64,000 bases of DNA. Origin: an uncultured virus (IMG/VR IMGVR_UViG_3300010938_000027) (Duplodnaviria > Heunggongvirae > Uroviricota > Caudoviricetes). Position 1 is the first letter of the stretch; every line of letters starts with the position of its first letter. The position numbers were made by a program, and so were the translations under genes. Positions 9,953-19,133 of the stretch are shown piece by piece. The stretch is from IMG/VR virus record IMGVR_UViG_3300010938_000027. One strand, 5' to 3'. Below the pieces are notes generated by a model. It searched no databases, was not told the origin of the DNA, and was given only the letters and a program-made list of their open reading frames with translations.

Positions 9953-10654
9953 TTATATCATACCTGCCTGTTTGAATGCGTTGTCAAGTGATTCCTTTGC
10001 AATTCTTCCAACTTCAGGCATCAGTCGTGGTATCAGTCTTGCACCTCTGTATCCAGGATGTATCCATGAGTCAGGTTTTGACCGCGGTGATACCGACCTG
10101 ATAACCCCATAAGTGCTGTAGTATTGCCTGCCCCTGTTCCTGATTATGTCTTCTGGTTTGACCCCAGGTGGCAGTAATGCTTGTGTAATCTGTGGTGATG
10201 GCAGTGTTGGCAGTTTACCAATCAACCACCCGTAAACACAGAATAGTATTGTAGTTCTGACATGCAGGGCAACACCTGTTCCTTTACCAGGTGCCCGCAT
10301 TGGCAACCACACCTTCTTAACTTCTTTTCCTTCCTGCCTCGCTCTTCGCAAAAAATAAGGTTTCATATCGTATGGTGGGAATCCAGTTTCAAACTTCTTT
10401 GCCAGAGGGTCAACCAGTGAAACTGATACCGACACGGATTGATGTCCGTGTTCAATCGGTCCAATACTCATATCCTGTCTCAACCCCTTAATATAGATTT
10501 CGTATGAGGTGGTTAGTGTCTGACCTGCCAGTCCGACCCACTTATCAAATGTCTTTATTGCCGCATCATACAATCCCCTCGCAACTATATTTCGCACTCT
10601 GTCAAACATCGGTGTCAGCATTGGTATTTTTACTTCATATTTTATCTCAAACAT
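9953..10654 (-). CDS. Neck / tail completion protein
   Basis: ETGFPPYDMKP and RSVSPRSKPDSWIHPGY motifs seen in Herelleviridae-like neck proteins. Confidence 0.65.
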   Translation of the reverse strand: MFEIKYEVKIPMLTPMFDRVRNIVARGLYDAAIKTFDKWVGLAGQTLTTSYEIYIKGLRQDMSIGPIEHGHQSVSVSVSLVDPLAKKFETGFPPYDMKPYFLRRARQEGKEVKKVWLPMRAPGKGTGVALHVRTTILFCVYGWLIGKLPTLPSPQITQALLPPGVKPEDIIRNRGRQYYSTYGVIRSVSPRSKPDSWIHPGYRGARLIPRLMPEVGRIAKESLDNAFKQAGMI

Positions 10655-10660
10655 AGTTGC

Positions 10661-11398
10661 TCATCCTTCCAGTAAATCTGCCCGTGTGGCAATCGCAGTA
10701 ATGGGCAGGTCAACCCACTTCTCACTGGGTTCAAACATTTTTATAAATGTGCCCCTGTATTCTGGTGTGAGGTTCTGGATGTAGTAGTATGGTGATGAAG
10801 TGTATCTAACTGATACATTCCTGTCATTGTAGTCGTCAGTATTGAAAATGATTTGCCAGTTCGTATCATCATAGGTGTATCTGTCAGGTAGTATTATCAG
10901 TGGTTGTTCGTCATCAGTATTCACCATAAGTGTGTCAATCGTGTATGGATGAAACCTTAACTTTATGACCCTGTCCTTGACAACCCTGACTTCAAATGTT
11001 GGTATCTGCATATCAACAAATTTCAACCTGTCCCAGAGTTGCGGTCTATCCTTTGACTGGAACACTACCCTTAATGAGCCATATTCTAACTCACCTTCCA
11101 ATACTTGTAGAATCCTGCGTTTGTTTATAACATGTGGAAATGTGATTATGTCCTGTTTCTTATCATCGGGATACACTCTGCCTGTGCCATTACAGGCAAG
11201 ACAATTCGGTTGTGGCACACCCTTACCACCATCCTTCGGATTAACTACACACGGACAGGTTGATACTGGTGTCCATTCAGTTTTGTAGCCGTGTTGACGA
11301 ATAAGTAAGTCAAACAATTTTACCCTTCGTTCCCAGTCAACCCGCATAAAACTTACTGGGAAGTCTGGGTATATCTTCTTTTCAGTTCTATCTGCCAT
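10661..11398 (-). CDS. Head closure / neck protein
   Basis: CPC...CLACNGTG Zn motif, neck-cluster position. Confidence 0.7.
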   Translation of the reverse strand: MADRTEKKIYPDFPVSFMRVDWERRVKLFDLLIRQHGYKTEWTPVSTCPCVVNPKDGGKGVPQPNCLACNGTGRVYPDDKKQDIITFPHVINKRRILQVLEGELEYGSLRVVFQSKDRPQLWDRLKFVDMQIPTFEVRVVKDRVIKLRFHPYTIDTLMVNTDDEQPLIILPDRYTYDDTNWQIIFNTDDYNDRNVSVRYTSSPYYYIQNLTPEYRGTFIKMFEPSEKWVDLPITAIATRADLLEG

Positions 11399-11414
11399 CT
11401 ATTTTCACACCTGT

Positions 11415-11732
11415 TTACCTTTCCTTTTCAGTCCATCGCAGGAATTGAAATGTTATGTGGTAATAACCATCTGACTTATACTCAATCTTTGAGACCTTAT
11501 ACACTGCACCTGAATTGAATGGCAATACCAGTTCCCACTCACTATCCTGTATCGGGTTTGGATTAGATGGTAATCGGTCAGTTATAACTTCACCACCGCT
11601 TTCTACTACGAATGACCTGTTCAGTCCGCTTATTGTTGAAGTTCCATCATTTGAAAGGAACATCAACCTGCTTTCTGGAAATAAGATTTTGTTAGCAACC
11701 ATCACAGTATTGCCATTCTGTAGCCACGCCAC
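11415..11732 (-). CDS. Hypothetical protein in neck cluster
   Basis: ORF overlapping the adaptor gene end, same strand. Confidence 0.5.
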   Translation of the reverse strand: MAWLQNGNTVMVANKILFPESRLMFLSNDGTSTISGLNRSFVVESGGEVITDRLPSNPNPIQDSEWELVLPFNSGAVYKVSKIEYKSDGYYHITFQFLRWTEKER

Positions 11733-12457
11733 CTCGCCTTGAGTGCCGCAAGTAGTCCTGGTTTACCCTCGCCGTGTCCATACAATTCACGCTTATACAT
11801 TATGATTCTGGCGGAATATGCGGCGTTCTCTGCGGAAGATGTAGTCCCTATTGACTGGCTCAACCCATCCAGACTGATTGATATTGACGCAATACCTGCC
11901 CCTATAACTAAATCACCGAATATATTGAAATACTGGGTTGCCGCAATCATACCAATTGCATCACATATATCCTCATCAACATCATCCATACCAGCATCAT
12001 ACTGAACCCTGAACACATGCGGTGCATACCTGACTGCCATAAGTATTGGTGCGAGTGTATATGCTTTGTCAATTGCGAGTGTGCCACCGAATTGTCCCAG
12101 CATAGGGAATAGGTGTATCTGTCCTGCATTCCGTTCCAGCCGTATCCATTCAAGCGGTATCTCAAACACGGATTGCTCACCATACATAATTTTCAGACTA
12201 TTCACCTGCTTCACAGGACGCTTATTCAGTTGTATAAACCCCCAACCACGCCACGCATCAAGGAAGAAGTCGTATCGTTCATCAAAAGTAGAAGGTGTAA
12301 TGACTATGTCAAGTTCCTTCTCAACCTGCTTTATTGCTCGTTTGATATAAAATTCGGCAACACTATCCGAAATGGGATTACCATCAGTATCCACCAATGG
12401 TATTCCAAAAAAATATGTCTGTTTCAACCAACTCGCATTCAGGTTCGTATATAACAT
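11702..12457 (-). CDS. Head-tail adaptor
   Basis: GAGIASISISLDGLSQSIGTTSSAENAAYSARI motif typical of SPO1/A511-type adaptors. Confidence 0.8.
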   Translation of the reverse strand: MLYTNLNASWLKQTYFFGIPLVDTDGNPISDSVAEFYIKRAIKQVEKELDIVITPSTFDERYDFFLDAWRGWGFIQLNKRPVKQVNSLKIMYGEQSVFEIPLEWIRLERNAGQIHLFPMLGQFGGTLAIDKAYTLAPILMAVRYAPHVFRVQYDAGMDDVDEDICDAIGMIAATQYFNIFGDLVIGAGIASISISLDGLSQSIGTTSSAENAAYSARIIMYKRELYGHGEGKPGLLAALKARWRGYRMAIL

Positions 12458-12501
12458 TTTATTATCAACTCACCTCCCATCACCAGTTCACTGCCTTCAC
12501 T

Positions 12502-12810
12502 TCATCTGGGTTTGCGTTTACTTCGTCCGAATAAGGTAGTTTTTGGTGCTGTTTGCTTCTCCTTATCAGTGTCAGTGCCAGTCTCACCTGTATTATCAAC
12601 ACTGGTAGTAGTTGGCTCTGGTTCAAGTTCTGGCTTCGGTAAGTCCTCTGGTAGTGGGTCAAGTAGTGTATAACCCTGTGTGTTTTTCAGTGTCCTTGCC
12701 ACATCCTCACTAACTTCAAACACATGGTCTTTCACTACATAAGCGGTATTGCCTATCACCAGATTACCATCCCTGACATACTCTACACGCACTCTTATCT
12801 TTCCCATCAT
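12502..12810 (-). CDS. Hypothetical protein downstream of major capsid
   Basis: AGGAGG RBS; low-complexity C-terminus. Confidence 0.6.
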   Translation of the reverse strand: MMGKIRVRVEYVRDGNLVIGNTAYVVKDHVFEVSEDVARTLKNTQGYTLLDPLPEDLPKPELEPEPTTTSVDNTGETGTDTDKEKQTAPKTTLFGRSKRKPR

Positions 12811-12851
12811 TCATACCTCCTATCAAGTATTATTGCCAAATATGGAACAAG

Positions 12852-12892
12852 GAGTGAGGAGGTCTGACACCATCATAATTACCTCCTCACTC
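12852..12892 (-). promoter_or_regulatory. 12-bp perfect inverted repeat after capsid gene (attenuator/RBS-occluding hairpin)
   Basis: GAGTGAGGAGGT-17nt-ACCTCCTCACTC. Confidence 0.6.
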
Positions 12893-12928
12893 AGGGGGTT
12901 AATAAATAGTAATACTAATTGCCACCTA

Positions 12929-14344
12929 TTATGTTGCGTCGCCGATATTGATTATCTTGACCCACTTCTTCGGTGCGTATATCACTGGAACACCATACAG
13001 CAAGAGCATCCACCTGATAGCAGGTGATATGATTGCGAGGTCCATCTTTATGAGTGGTAGCAGTTGTCTGAACTCTATGACATCAGGGGTCATCTCACCC
13101 AGGAATGCCATATAGGTATTGGCAACAACTATGTTCTTGTCAATGAAATCCGTTGCCCCATTAGGTCCATTCTGTCCAGTTGCACAGGGTATCCTCGCAA
13201 TCAGTGTGTATGGTCCACCATTGTCAGACCTGTAAACCTGATAGTAGTCAGGAGACCTGGTGAGTGAAGCGCCGAGTGTAATTGTGACCTTTACTGGGGT
13301 TGTCAATGCACCTGCCGCAACCGTGTATGAGTTGCTTTCTACAGGTGCGGATGCACCTTTCCTGTTGCACGATGTAACCTTGTATTTGACTGTAACTCCA
13401 TTCGGGTATGTTTTACCCCATTCGGCATCAGTGCCTGTTCCTGCAACAGCCGTTACACTGGCAGGTGCGTCTGGTGCTTCTGTATGAGTGGCAGATGTGT
13501 TTGGACTCACTTTCCGCATGAACAGGTCACCCTTGAGTGAAATCATACCAGCGACAGTCTGGTAGTTATTGATTATGAACCCACCAGTGAAGCCTCCACC
13601 TGGCACTGGCACGAATACCCTTTCAACGGGTAGATACTGCTTTGCGAAATCCTGCAGAACCTTGGGTGAACCATACAGGGCATTCGGCACACCATAATTG
13701 TCAAGAACCATCTGTGCCGCATCCTGTATTGCCTTTTCAGAGAGCGGTTGACCCTTCATATCAATCACATTCGCAGTATCAATCATATTCAGCAGTCCGT
13801 CAAACTCTACATACTCAGTGCCACCGACATTTAGTTTGGAATTACCCCACACCAGTGCCCAGTCAAGTTGTTTCAGAAGCCAGAGTATCCCATTGATATT
13901 CTCCCTCGCAACGACATCACCAACTTGTGTCCTCACAACGGTCATCGGATGGGTAACTACCCTCGTATCACCGAGGAATTTGACGAATGCCGCCTTCCTG
14001 ATGTAATCAGATGTTCGTTCTGCTGGTAACTCACCTTCCAGTGTGAACGCTCCACCGTATTCAGGACCATACTCTTTCAACTGGGTGTATTCCTCAACTG
14101 TGCTGTATGCAGGTGTCTTCGGGATGTCTCTCCACAGAACCAGGTGTTCCTCTTTCCAGGTGAGAACCTTGAGTGAGGCTTCTAATGACTGAACTCGCAA
14201 TGCTGCACCACCAGTCATCACATCAGTTGCACCTTCGGGTGCACCAGCATAACCAGCCTCAAGTGCCTTCTTCAGTTCTAATACATCACTCGCAGGGGCT
14301 ATACCAAACCCTGACCCTGTCTGCTCATAGTCTCTTACATCCAT
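12929..14344 (-). CDS. Major capsid protein
   Basis: 471 aa; GAALRVQSLEASLKVLT, EFDGL, LYGVPVIYAPKKWVKIINI motifs of SPO1/A511/K-type capsids. Confidence 0.95.
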   Translation of the reverse strand: MDVRDYEQTGSGFGIAPASDVLELKKALEAGYAGAPEGATDVMTGGAALRVQSLEASLKVLTWKEEHLVLWRDIPKTPAYSTVEEYTQLKEYGPEYGGAFTLEGELPAERTSDYIRKAAFVKFLGDTRVVTHPMTVVRTQVGDVVARENINGILWLLKQLDWALVWGNSKLNVGGTEYVEFDGLLNMIDTANVIDMKGQPLSEKAIQDAAQMVLDNYGVPNALYGSPKVLQDFAKQYLPVERVFVPVPGGGFTGGFIINNYQTVAGMISLKGDLFMRKVSPNTSATHTEAPDAPASVTAVAGTGTDAEWGKTYPNGVTVKYKVTSCNRKGASAPVESNSYTVAAGALTTPVKVTITLGASLTRSPDYYQVYRSDNGGPYTLIARIPCATGQNGPNGATDFIDKNIVVANTYMAFLGEMTPDVIEFRQLLPLIKMDLAIISPAIRWMLLLYGVPVIYAPKKWVKIINIGDAT

Positions 14345-14378
14345 ATCTCATAACCTCCTATAATATCCATCAGTTATC

Positions 14379-14408
14379 ATTTTACATAACACTCCAAACA
14401 CTTGTCAA
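14379..14408 (-). promoter_or_regulatory. Sigma70-type promoter of capsid gene
   Basis: TTGACA-18 bp-TAAAAT. Confidence 0.7.
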
Positions 14409-14423
14409 GGTTTTGGAACCAAT

Positions 14424-15170
14424 CTACTTCGGCTCTCGTTCCCAATAGTTTTCCCATACCAGTGAAATTGCCTCTTTCTCTTCATTCGTTAATTTCCTGC
14501 CAAGATTGTATTCTTTGGTCTCCTCTGCATTCTTAATCGCTTTTTCAGGAGTTTCTTCGTCCACAATTGACCTGACATCATCTGCGGTATATCCTTCCAG
14601 AATGAGTGGCATAATTTCCTTTGGCGAAGTTACTCCGAAGTATTCTCTCCACTTCTTCGCTTCCCAAATTATGTGGTCAGTGCTGGGTTTTTCTCCAGGT
14701 TTCAATTCAAGAAAAGCCTCTCGTTCTTCATCACTCAGATTAGCACCGTATTTTTCAAAAGCAGATTTCCATTCCTTCGCTTCTGCTTTTTTAAACCCAG
14801 CGTCAAGCCACTCTTTCTCAATCGGTTCAGCAGGTCTTTTGGATATCAACTCCTGTGCCTCCTCTGGCGAGATGTATCTCGTTGCGTAATATCCTCCACC
14901 CTTCTTTGTTGGGTCTTTTATCCACACCTTTATCGGAATGAGGTGTCCAATGTCCTTTGTTCCCTTCCTTTTTGCTTTCATCAAGGAATGAACAACTTCT
15001 GCTTTTCGTAATTCTTCCAGAACCTTTTCACCCTTCTCTACACCGAGTTTCCTGATTATCAATTCATTAAGAGTGGTGCTATCAACCACTTCTGTTATGG
15101 GATTGGAAGGAACAACCAAAGAAGGGTCAATCCCTAAATTTTTGAGGGTTGTATAGAGTTTTTCATCCAT
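14424..15170 (-). CDS. Putative internal head protein, paralog 1
   Basis: Shared ~65 aa N-terminus with 15983 and 17615 genes, then KVWIKDPTKKGGGYYATRYISPE. Confidence 0.75.
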   Translation of the reverse strand: MDEKLYTTLKNLGIDPSLVVPSNPITEVVDSTTLNELIIRKLGVEKGEKVLEELRKAEVVHSLMKAKRKGTKDIGHLIPIKVWIKDPTKKGGGYYATRYISPEEAQELISKRPAEPIEKEWLDAGFKKAEAKEWKSAFEKYGANLSDEEREAFLELKPGEKPSTDHIIWEAKKWREYFGVTSPKEIMPLILEGYTADDVRSIVDEETPEKAIKNAEETKEYNLGRKLTNEEKEAISLVWENYWEREPK

Positions 15171-15189
15171 ATTCTAAATTCTAACTCCC

Positions 15190-15909
15190 TTATTGTTTCC
15201 TCAATGCCCTGGGAACTATGCCGAGTGTTTCAAACTTTACGACATCCTCTACACCGATTTCACCCTTCTTGAAGGCGTGTTCAATGTCAGCGTATGAAAT
15301 CTGGGGTTTCTCCTCAAACCTGTTTGCAGTGCCAGTATAGGCTTTAGTTATTCCTTTCCTGCCAACTGGTGTCTCCTCAACCTTCGTGAGCCGTTCCTCA
15401 ATCTTGTCAAGTCTACCTGAAATCTTGTCAAGGGTATCTTTCAAACCGCCGACATCAACAATTGACTTTTTCAATTCCTTCACTTCATCCTTTATCTTTG
15501 CAACTGCCTTAATGACAATCTCCTCTGGTGTCAGGTTAGTTCCCTTTTCCTCAACTTCCTCTTCTTCCTCAAATTCCTCTGTTTCAGGTTCCTCCTCTTC
15601 TTCCGCTTCAAGTTCTTCATCTTCTAATTCTTCTTTTGATGGCTTTGCTTTTCTTTTCTGACCTGGGTTTGCCTCTGTTTTGACTTCCTCAGTTTTACCA
15701 CCCTTAACCTCTTCCTCTTGTGCCTTTTCTTCTACTGGTTTTGTCTCGGTCTTTTCCTCTTTCTCTTTCTCCGTCTCTGTCTCAACCTCATCGCCAAACA
15801 TTTCCTCAATCACATCCTTAACTGCCTTTTGCAGTGGCTCTTGGTCTGTGCTTTTTGCCAACTCTGACAAGAGTTTCAAAACCTCAATGTCATCCTTTCT
15901 CTGTTCCAT
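15190..15909 (-). CDS. Capsid scaffolding protein
   Basis: Very acidic, coiled coil, multiple xxK|A/S sites, ETPVGRKG near C-terminus, lies between protease and capsid. Confidence 0.75.
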   Translation of the reverse strand: MEQRKDDIEVLKLLSELAKSTDQEPLQKAVKDVIEEMFGDEVETETEKEKEEKTETKPVEEKAQEEEVKGGKTEEVKTEANPGQKRKAKPSKEELEDEELEAEEEEEPETEEFEEEEEVEEKGTNLTPEEIVIKAVAKIKDEVKELKKSIVDVGGLKDTLDKISGRLDKIEERLTKVEETPVGRKGITKAYTGTANRFEEKPQISYADIEHAFKKGEIGVEDVVKFETLGIVPRALRKQ

Positions 15910-15940
15910 AGTTGTAACCTCCTATACATCATCAACCTAT

Positions 15941-15970
15941 ATTGTATCCCAACTTACTGACCTGTGTCAA
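15941..15970 (-). promoter_or_regulatory. Sigma70-type promoter of scaffold gene
   Basis: TTGACA-18 bp-TACAAT. Confidence 0.7.
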
Positions 15971-15982
15971 GGTTTTCAACGT

Positions 15983-16816
15983 TTAGTATTTTAGATTCCC
16001 TGCTTTCTGCAAACCCATTACTGCACCCTCTGCCTTTTCCGATTCTTCCGGGACTTTCTGTGCTTTCTCTCTCTGTAGCCTATAATACTTGTAGCGATAC
16101 CAATAGTCTATGATTGCTTCTTTTTCTTCCTCACTCAACTTTCTACCCCAGAGGGTTTTACTCGTGTCTTTTGCGAGTTCAATCGCCTCTTTTGATGTTT
16201 CCGTTTCAACAAAGTTCCTAATCTCATGCGGGGCGTATCCATACCGAATGAGCGTCATTGTTGTTTTATCAGGAGTAGTTACGCCAAACATATCCCTCCA
16301 GTCTTTAACCATCTGTGCCATCTTGCTATCACTAAGTATCACGGTCTTTTCACCAGGCTTTGTGCCGAACATCTTTATTCGTTCCCTCTCACTAAGGTTA
16401 ACACCATACTCTTTGAAAGCATTTTTCCAAGTTTCTACATCACTTGCACTGAGTCCAGTGTCAATCCATCCCTCCGCAACGGCAGGTTTTTTGGATATCA
16501 ATCTCTGTGCTTCCTCTGGTGAAACGTATCTTGTAGCCTCATACCCCCCGCCTTCCTTCGTTGGGTCTTTCACCCATACTTTTACTGGAATTAGTTTCTC
16601 CTTCCTAATGGACTTTGTCAATGAGCAAACTTGTTCTGCTTTCTCGAACTCTTCCAAAACTTTCTGTGTTCTTGCGTCGTTACCACCTACCGCCTTAATT
16701 ATGGACTCATTCAATTGCTTCCCACTCACCTGTTCAGTGATAGGGTTAGGTGGCACAACCATAGTCGGGTCTATACCCAGTTGTTTCAGTGTTTCATAAA
16801 ACTTCTCTAAACTCAT
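15983..16816 (-). CDS. Putative internal head protein, paralog 2
   Basis: Conserved N-terminus plus KVWVKDPTKEGGGYEATRYVSPE. Confidence 0.75.
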   Translation of the reverse strand: MSLEKFYETLKQLGIDPTMVVPPNPITEQVSGKQLNESIIKAVGGNDARTQKVLEEFEKAEQVCSLTKSIRKEKLIPVKVWVKDPTKEGGGYEATRYVSPEEAQRLISKKPAVAEGWIDTGLSASDVETWKNAFKEYGVNLSERERIKMFGTKPGEKTVILSDSKMAQMVKDWRDMFGVTTPDKTTMTLIRYGYAPHEIRNFVETETSKEAIELAKDTSKTLWGRKLSEEEKEAIIDYWYRYKYYRLQREKAQKVPEESEKAEGAVMGLQKAGNLKY

Positions 16817-17592
16817 TTCAACCTCCGTAGAAATTCAATTGCTTCCTTCCTTGATAATCCCTTAATGAGTTGTATCAGGGCGATTGCATCAAGTTCACTT
16901 ATAGCCTTCTTCGTAGCAAACAGGTTCTCACACCAGCCCCTCAATGACTCTGGTAGTTCCTCGCAAATTGACTTGACTTTTGGTTTAACAGGCTCGTAGG
17001 TTTGAACCTTCACATCCTCGTCAAGGGATTGACTGATGAGTGCAGACCCACCAGTTCGCACCTGTGTAGCACCTGATGGTGCACCTGCATACCCAGCGGC
17101 AAGCCCTTTTATAACTGCCTCAAAGGTTGCCTCTGGGTTGATGGGATGTGGACACACTGACACATTATAAACAATTGCCTTCTTTATCACATCCTTGTCT
17201 CGTTCAATGATTTTACCTTCAATACTCAAGCCCAACTTTCTGGGATACCCTGCTTTGTGTAATGCAACTGCGAGATTCCATACATCCTTTGCCTTTGGTT
17301 GTGATTTCAGTAATTCACCTTCAAGGTAGAATTTCCGTTCGTCAATACTACCCTTTATTGGCACACCGATGAGGTCATCAGGGTCGTTGGAGTGGTTATA
17401 GTTTATCCAGCCTCGTTCAAGGAAATACTTTATGTCCAGTCCGAGTGGGTTAACAACCTCATTGTCCCTGTCCCTTGCAGAAGTTGATGCATAACCCCGT
17501 ATCAACCAGCGGTCAACCTTCTCGGGGTCTTCACCCTTCTGCCATACTGGTTCAAGGTCAGTATAGAATTCAAAGGTTTCCTTGTCTATCAT
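16813..17592 (-). CDS. Prohead protease
   Basis: GYAST..RDRDNE, INYNH, LGLSIEG, VSVCPHPINPEA catalytic motifs (HK97/herpes-like fold). Confidence 0.9.
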   Translation of the reverse strand: MIDKETFEFYTDLEPVWQKGEDPEKVDRWLIRGYASTSARDRDNEVVNPLGLDIKYFLERGWINYNHSNDPDDLIGVPIKGSIDERKFYLEGELLKSQPKAKDVWNLAVALHKAGYPRKLGLSIEGKIIERDKDVIKKAIVYNVSVCPHPINPEATFEAVIKGLAAGYAGAPSGATQVRTGGSALISQSLDEDVKVQTYEPVKPKVKSICEELPESLRGWCENLFATKKAISELDAIALIQLIKGLSRKEAIEFLRRLK

Positions 17593-17614
17593 TGCTCACT
17601 CCTTTCTCTTTCTT

Positions 17615-18466
17615 TCAACTCCGACTTGCTAACCTCTCCTTTACCACATCTTCTGGCGTTTTTCCTTCCTTTTTATACTTCAATATCTGTCGCAAGGACT
17701 CAACTCTTGCTCTTGTCCATTTCTCTGCTTCCTCGGGCGTAATTCCCGCTTCCTTCCATCTCTTTGCATTATCGACTCGTTTATGGACATCTTTACCAGG
17801 AATTCCTGCTGACATCCACGCTTTAACCTCTTTCGGGTCTTTGAATCCTCCAAAAATCCATATAGACGGTTCATTTACACGAGTATAACCAGTTGTAACA
17901 ATCCATTCTTTCATCTGTTCAGGAGTGAATCCAGCTTCCTTCCACTTTTTTATACGATGAGCATCCCTCGCCCACTCTGGGAGACCTCTATGCTTATATG
18001 CCTCAAAACCCATTTTCAACCAAGGTTCCGCATCTTTGTAAGAACCAAATTCATATAACCACTCTCTTGTCGTTACAATTGCTTCTTCATCATCCCCAAA
18101 CCACTTCCGCCAATGTTCAACTTCTTCAGGAAGGACACCAGCACGCAGCCAACGCTGATTTTTCTGGAACTCCTCAGGAGACACATACCTTGTTGCTTCA
18201 TATCCACCACCTGTTTTAGTTGGGTCTCTTACCCACACTTTCACTGGAATTAACCCCTCCTTCCCAATTGACTTCATCAAGGAGTGAACCCGTTCTGCTT
18301 TTCGCAATTCTTTTAGAACCCTTTCGCCCTTTTCAACTCCAACCTTTCGTATAATCATTTCATTCAATTCTATACCGTCAAGTATCTCTACTGCAGGGTT
18401 AGGTGGTATTACCAAATCAGGGTCAATCCCAAAACTTTTCAATGTGTCATAGAGTTTCTCATCCAT
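17615..18466 (-). CDS. Putative internal head protein, paralog 3 (W-x-x-AG-x-x-PE repeats)
   Basis: Conserved N-terminus plus KVWVRDPTKTGGGYEATRYVSPE; repeated WKEAGFTPE-like units. Confidence 0.75.
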   Translation of the reverse strand: MDEKLYDTLKSFGIDPDLVIPPNPAVEILDGIELNEMIIRKVGVEKGERVLKELRKAERVHSLMKSIGKEGLIPVKVWVRDPTKTGGGYEATRYVSPEEFQKNQRWLRAGVLPEEVEHWRKWFGDDEEAIVTTREWLYEFGSYKDAEPWLKMGFEAYKHRGLPEWARDAHRIKKWKEAGFTPEQMKEWIVTTGYTRVNEPSIWIFGGFKDPKEVKAWMSAGIPGKDVHKRVDNAKRWKEAGITPEEAEKWTRARVESLRQILKYKKEGKTPEDVVKERLASRS

Positions 18467-18483
18467 TCAAACCTCCGTTCATA

Positions 18484-18513
18484 ATTTTACAACACACCTC
18501 TTTATCCTGTCAA
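18484..18513 (-). promoter_or_regulatory. Sigma70-type promoter
   Basis: TTGACA-18 bp-TAAAAT. Confidence 0.7.
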
Positions 18514-18518
18514 GTATT

Positions 18519-19133
18519 TCATTCCATCACCATTCTGCAAACATTCAGCAATCCAACTGCATACCCTTTACCCTTACTGAACTTCCTTAACACTTTCTTG
18601 ACATAATTCAGGTCATCCTTACTCTCAAACTTCACTTCAAGTGTCCATTCCTCTTTTTCAGACTCTGGTGTAGTAATTTTAACATCAGGTTCTGGCAAGG
18701 TGTCAACTGATGGATTCAGCATCTCAAGCAGTTCTTCTTCTGAAAACCCTGTTAAGGTTAGTTCCTCAACCTTCCAACCATCACTGACAACTTCATTCAG
18801 TAATTCTGCAGTTATGTTTCCATCCAGATGTCCCCTCAACTTATTCATTGAGATTGACTGCACTCGTTCATCATCAGTAGTAATGGTTGCAGGTAGTTCC
18901 TTGTAGCCGAGTTCAAGTGCTACCCTGTATCTATGATTACCATCAACTATTGTGTATTTCCCATTTGACTTGTTCTTCTTAACAAGTATGGGTTGAGTGA
19001 ACCCAAACCGCTTGATTGCAAGTTTCAACCGCTCAAACATTTCAGGTGGTAATACATTCGGGTTTCTGGGATTCTCTTCAAGTCTGCTAATCGGTATTTT
19101 TATAATTTCAGTTGACTTTGGACTTTTTTTCAT
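18519..19133 (-). CDS. ParB/Sulfiredoxin N-terminal domain protein
   Basis: NPRNPN...IKRFGFTQPILV...IVDGNHRY. Confidence 0.85.
   Translation of the reverse strand: MKKSPKSTEIIKIPISRLEENPRNPNVLPPEMFERLKLAIKRFGFTQPILVKKNKSNGKYTIVDGNHRYRVALELGYKELPATITTDDERVQSISMNKLRGHLDGNITAELLNEVVSDGWKVEELTLTGFSEEELLEMLNPSVDTLPEPDVKITTPESEKEEWTLEVKFESKDDLNYVKKVLRKFSKGKGYAVGLLNVCRMVME

Noticed and set aside
16110..16799. Long plus-strand ORF, and many similar antisense ORFs in the track
   Set aside because: Shadows of genuine genes on the opposite strand; no RBS or motifs
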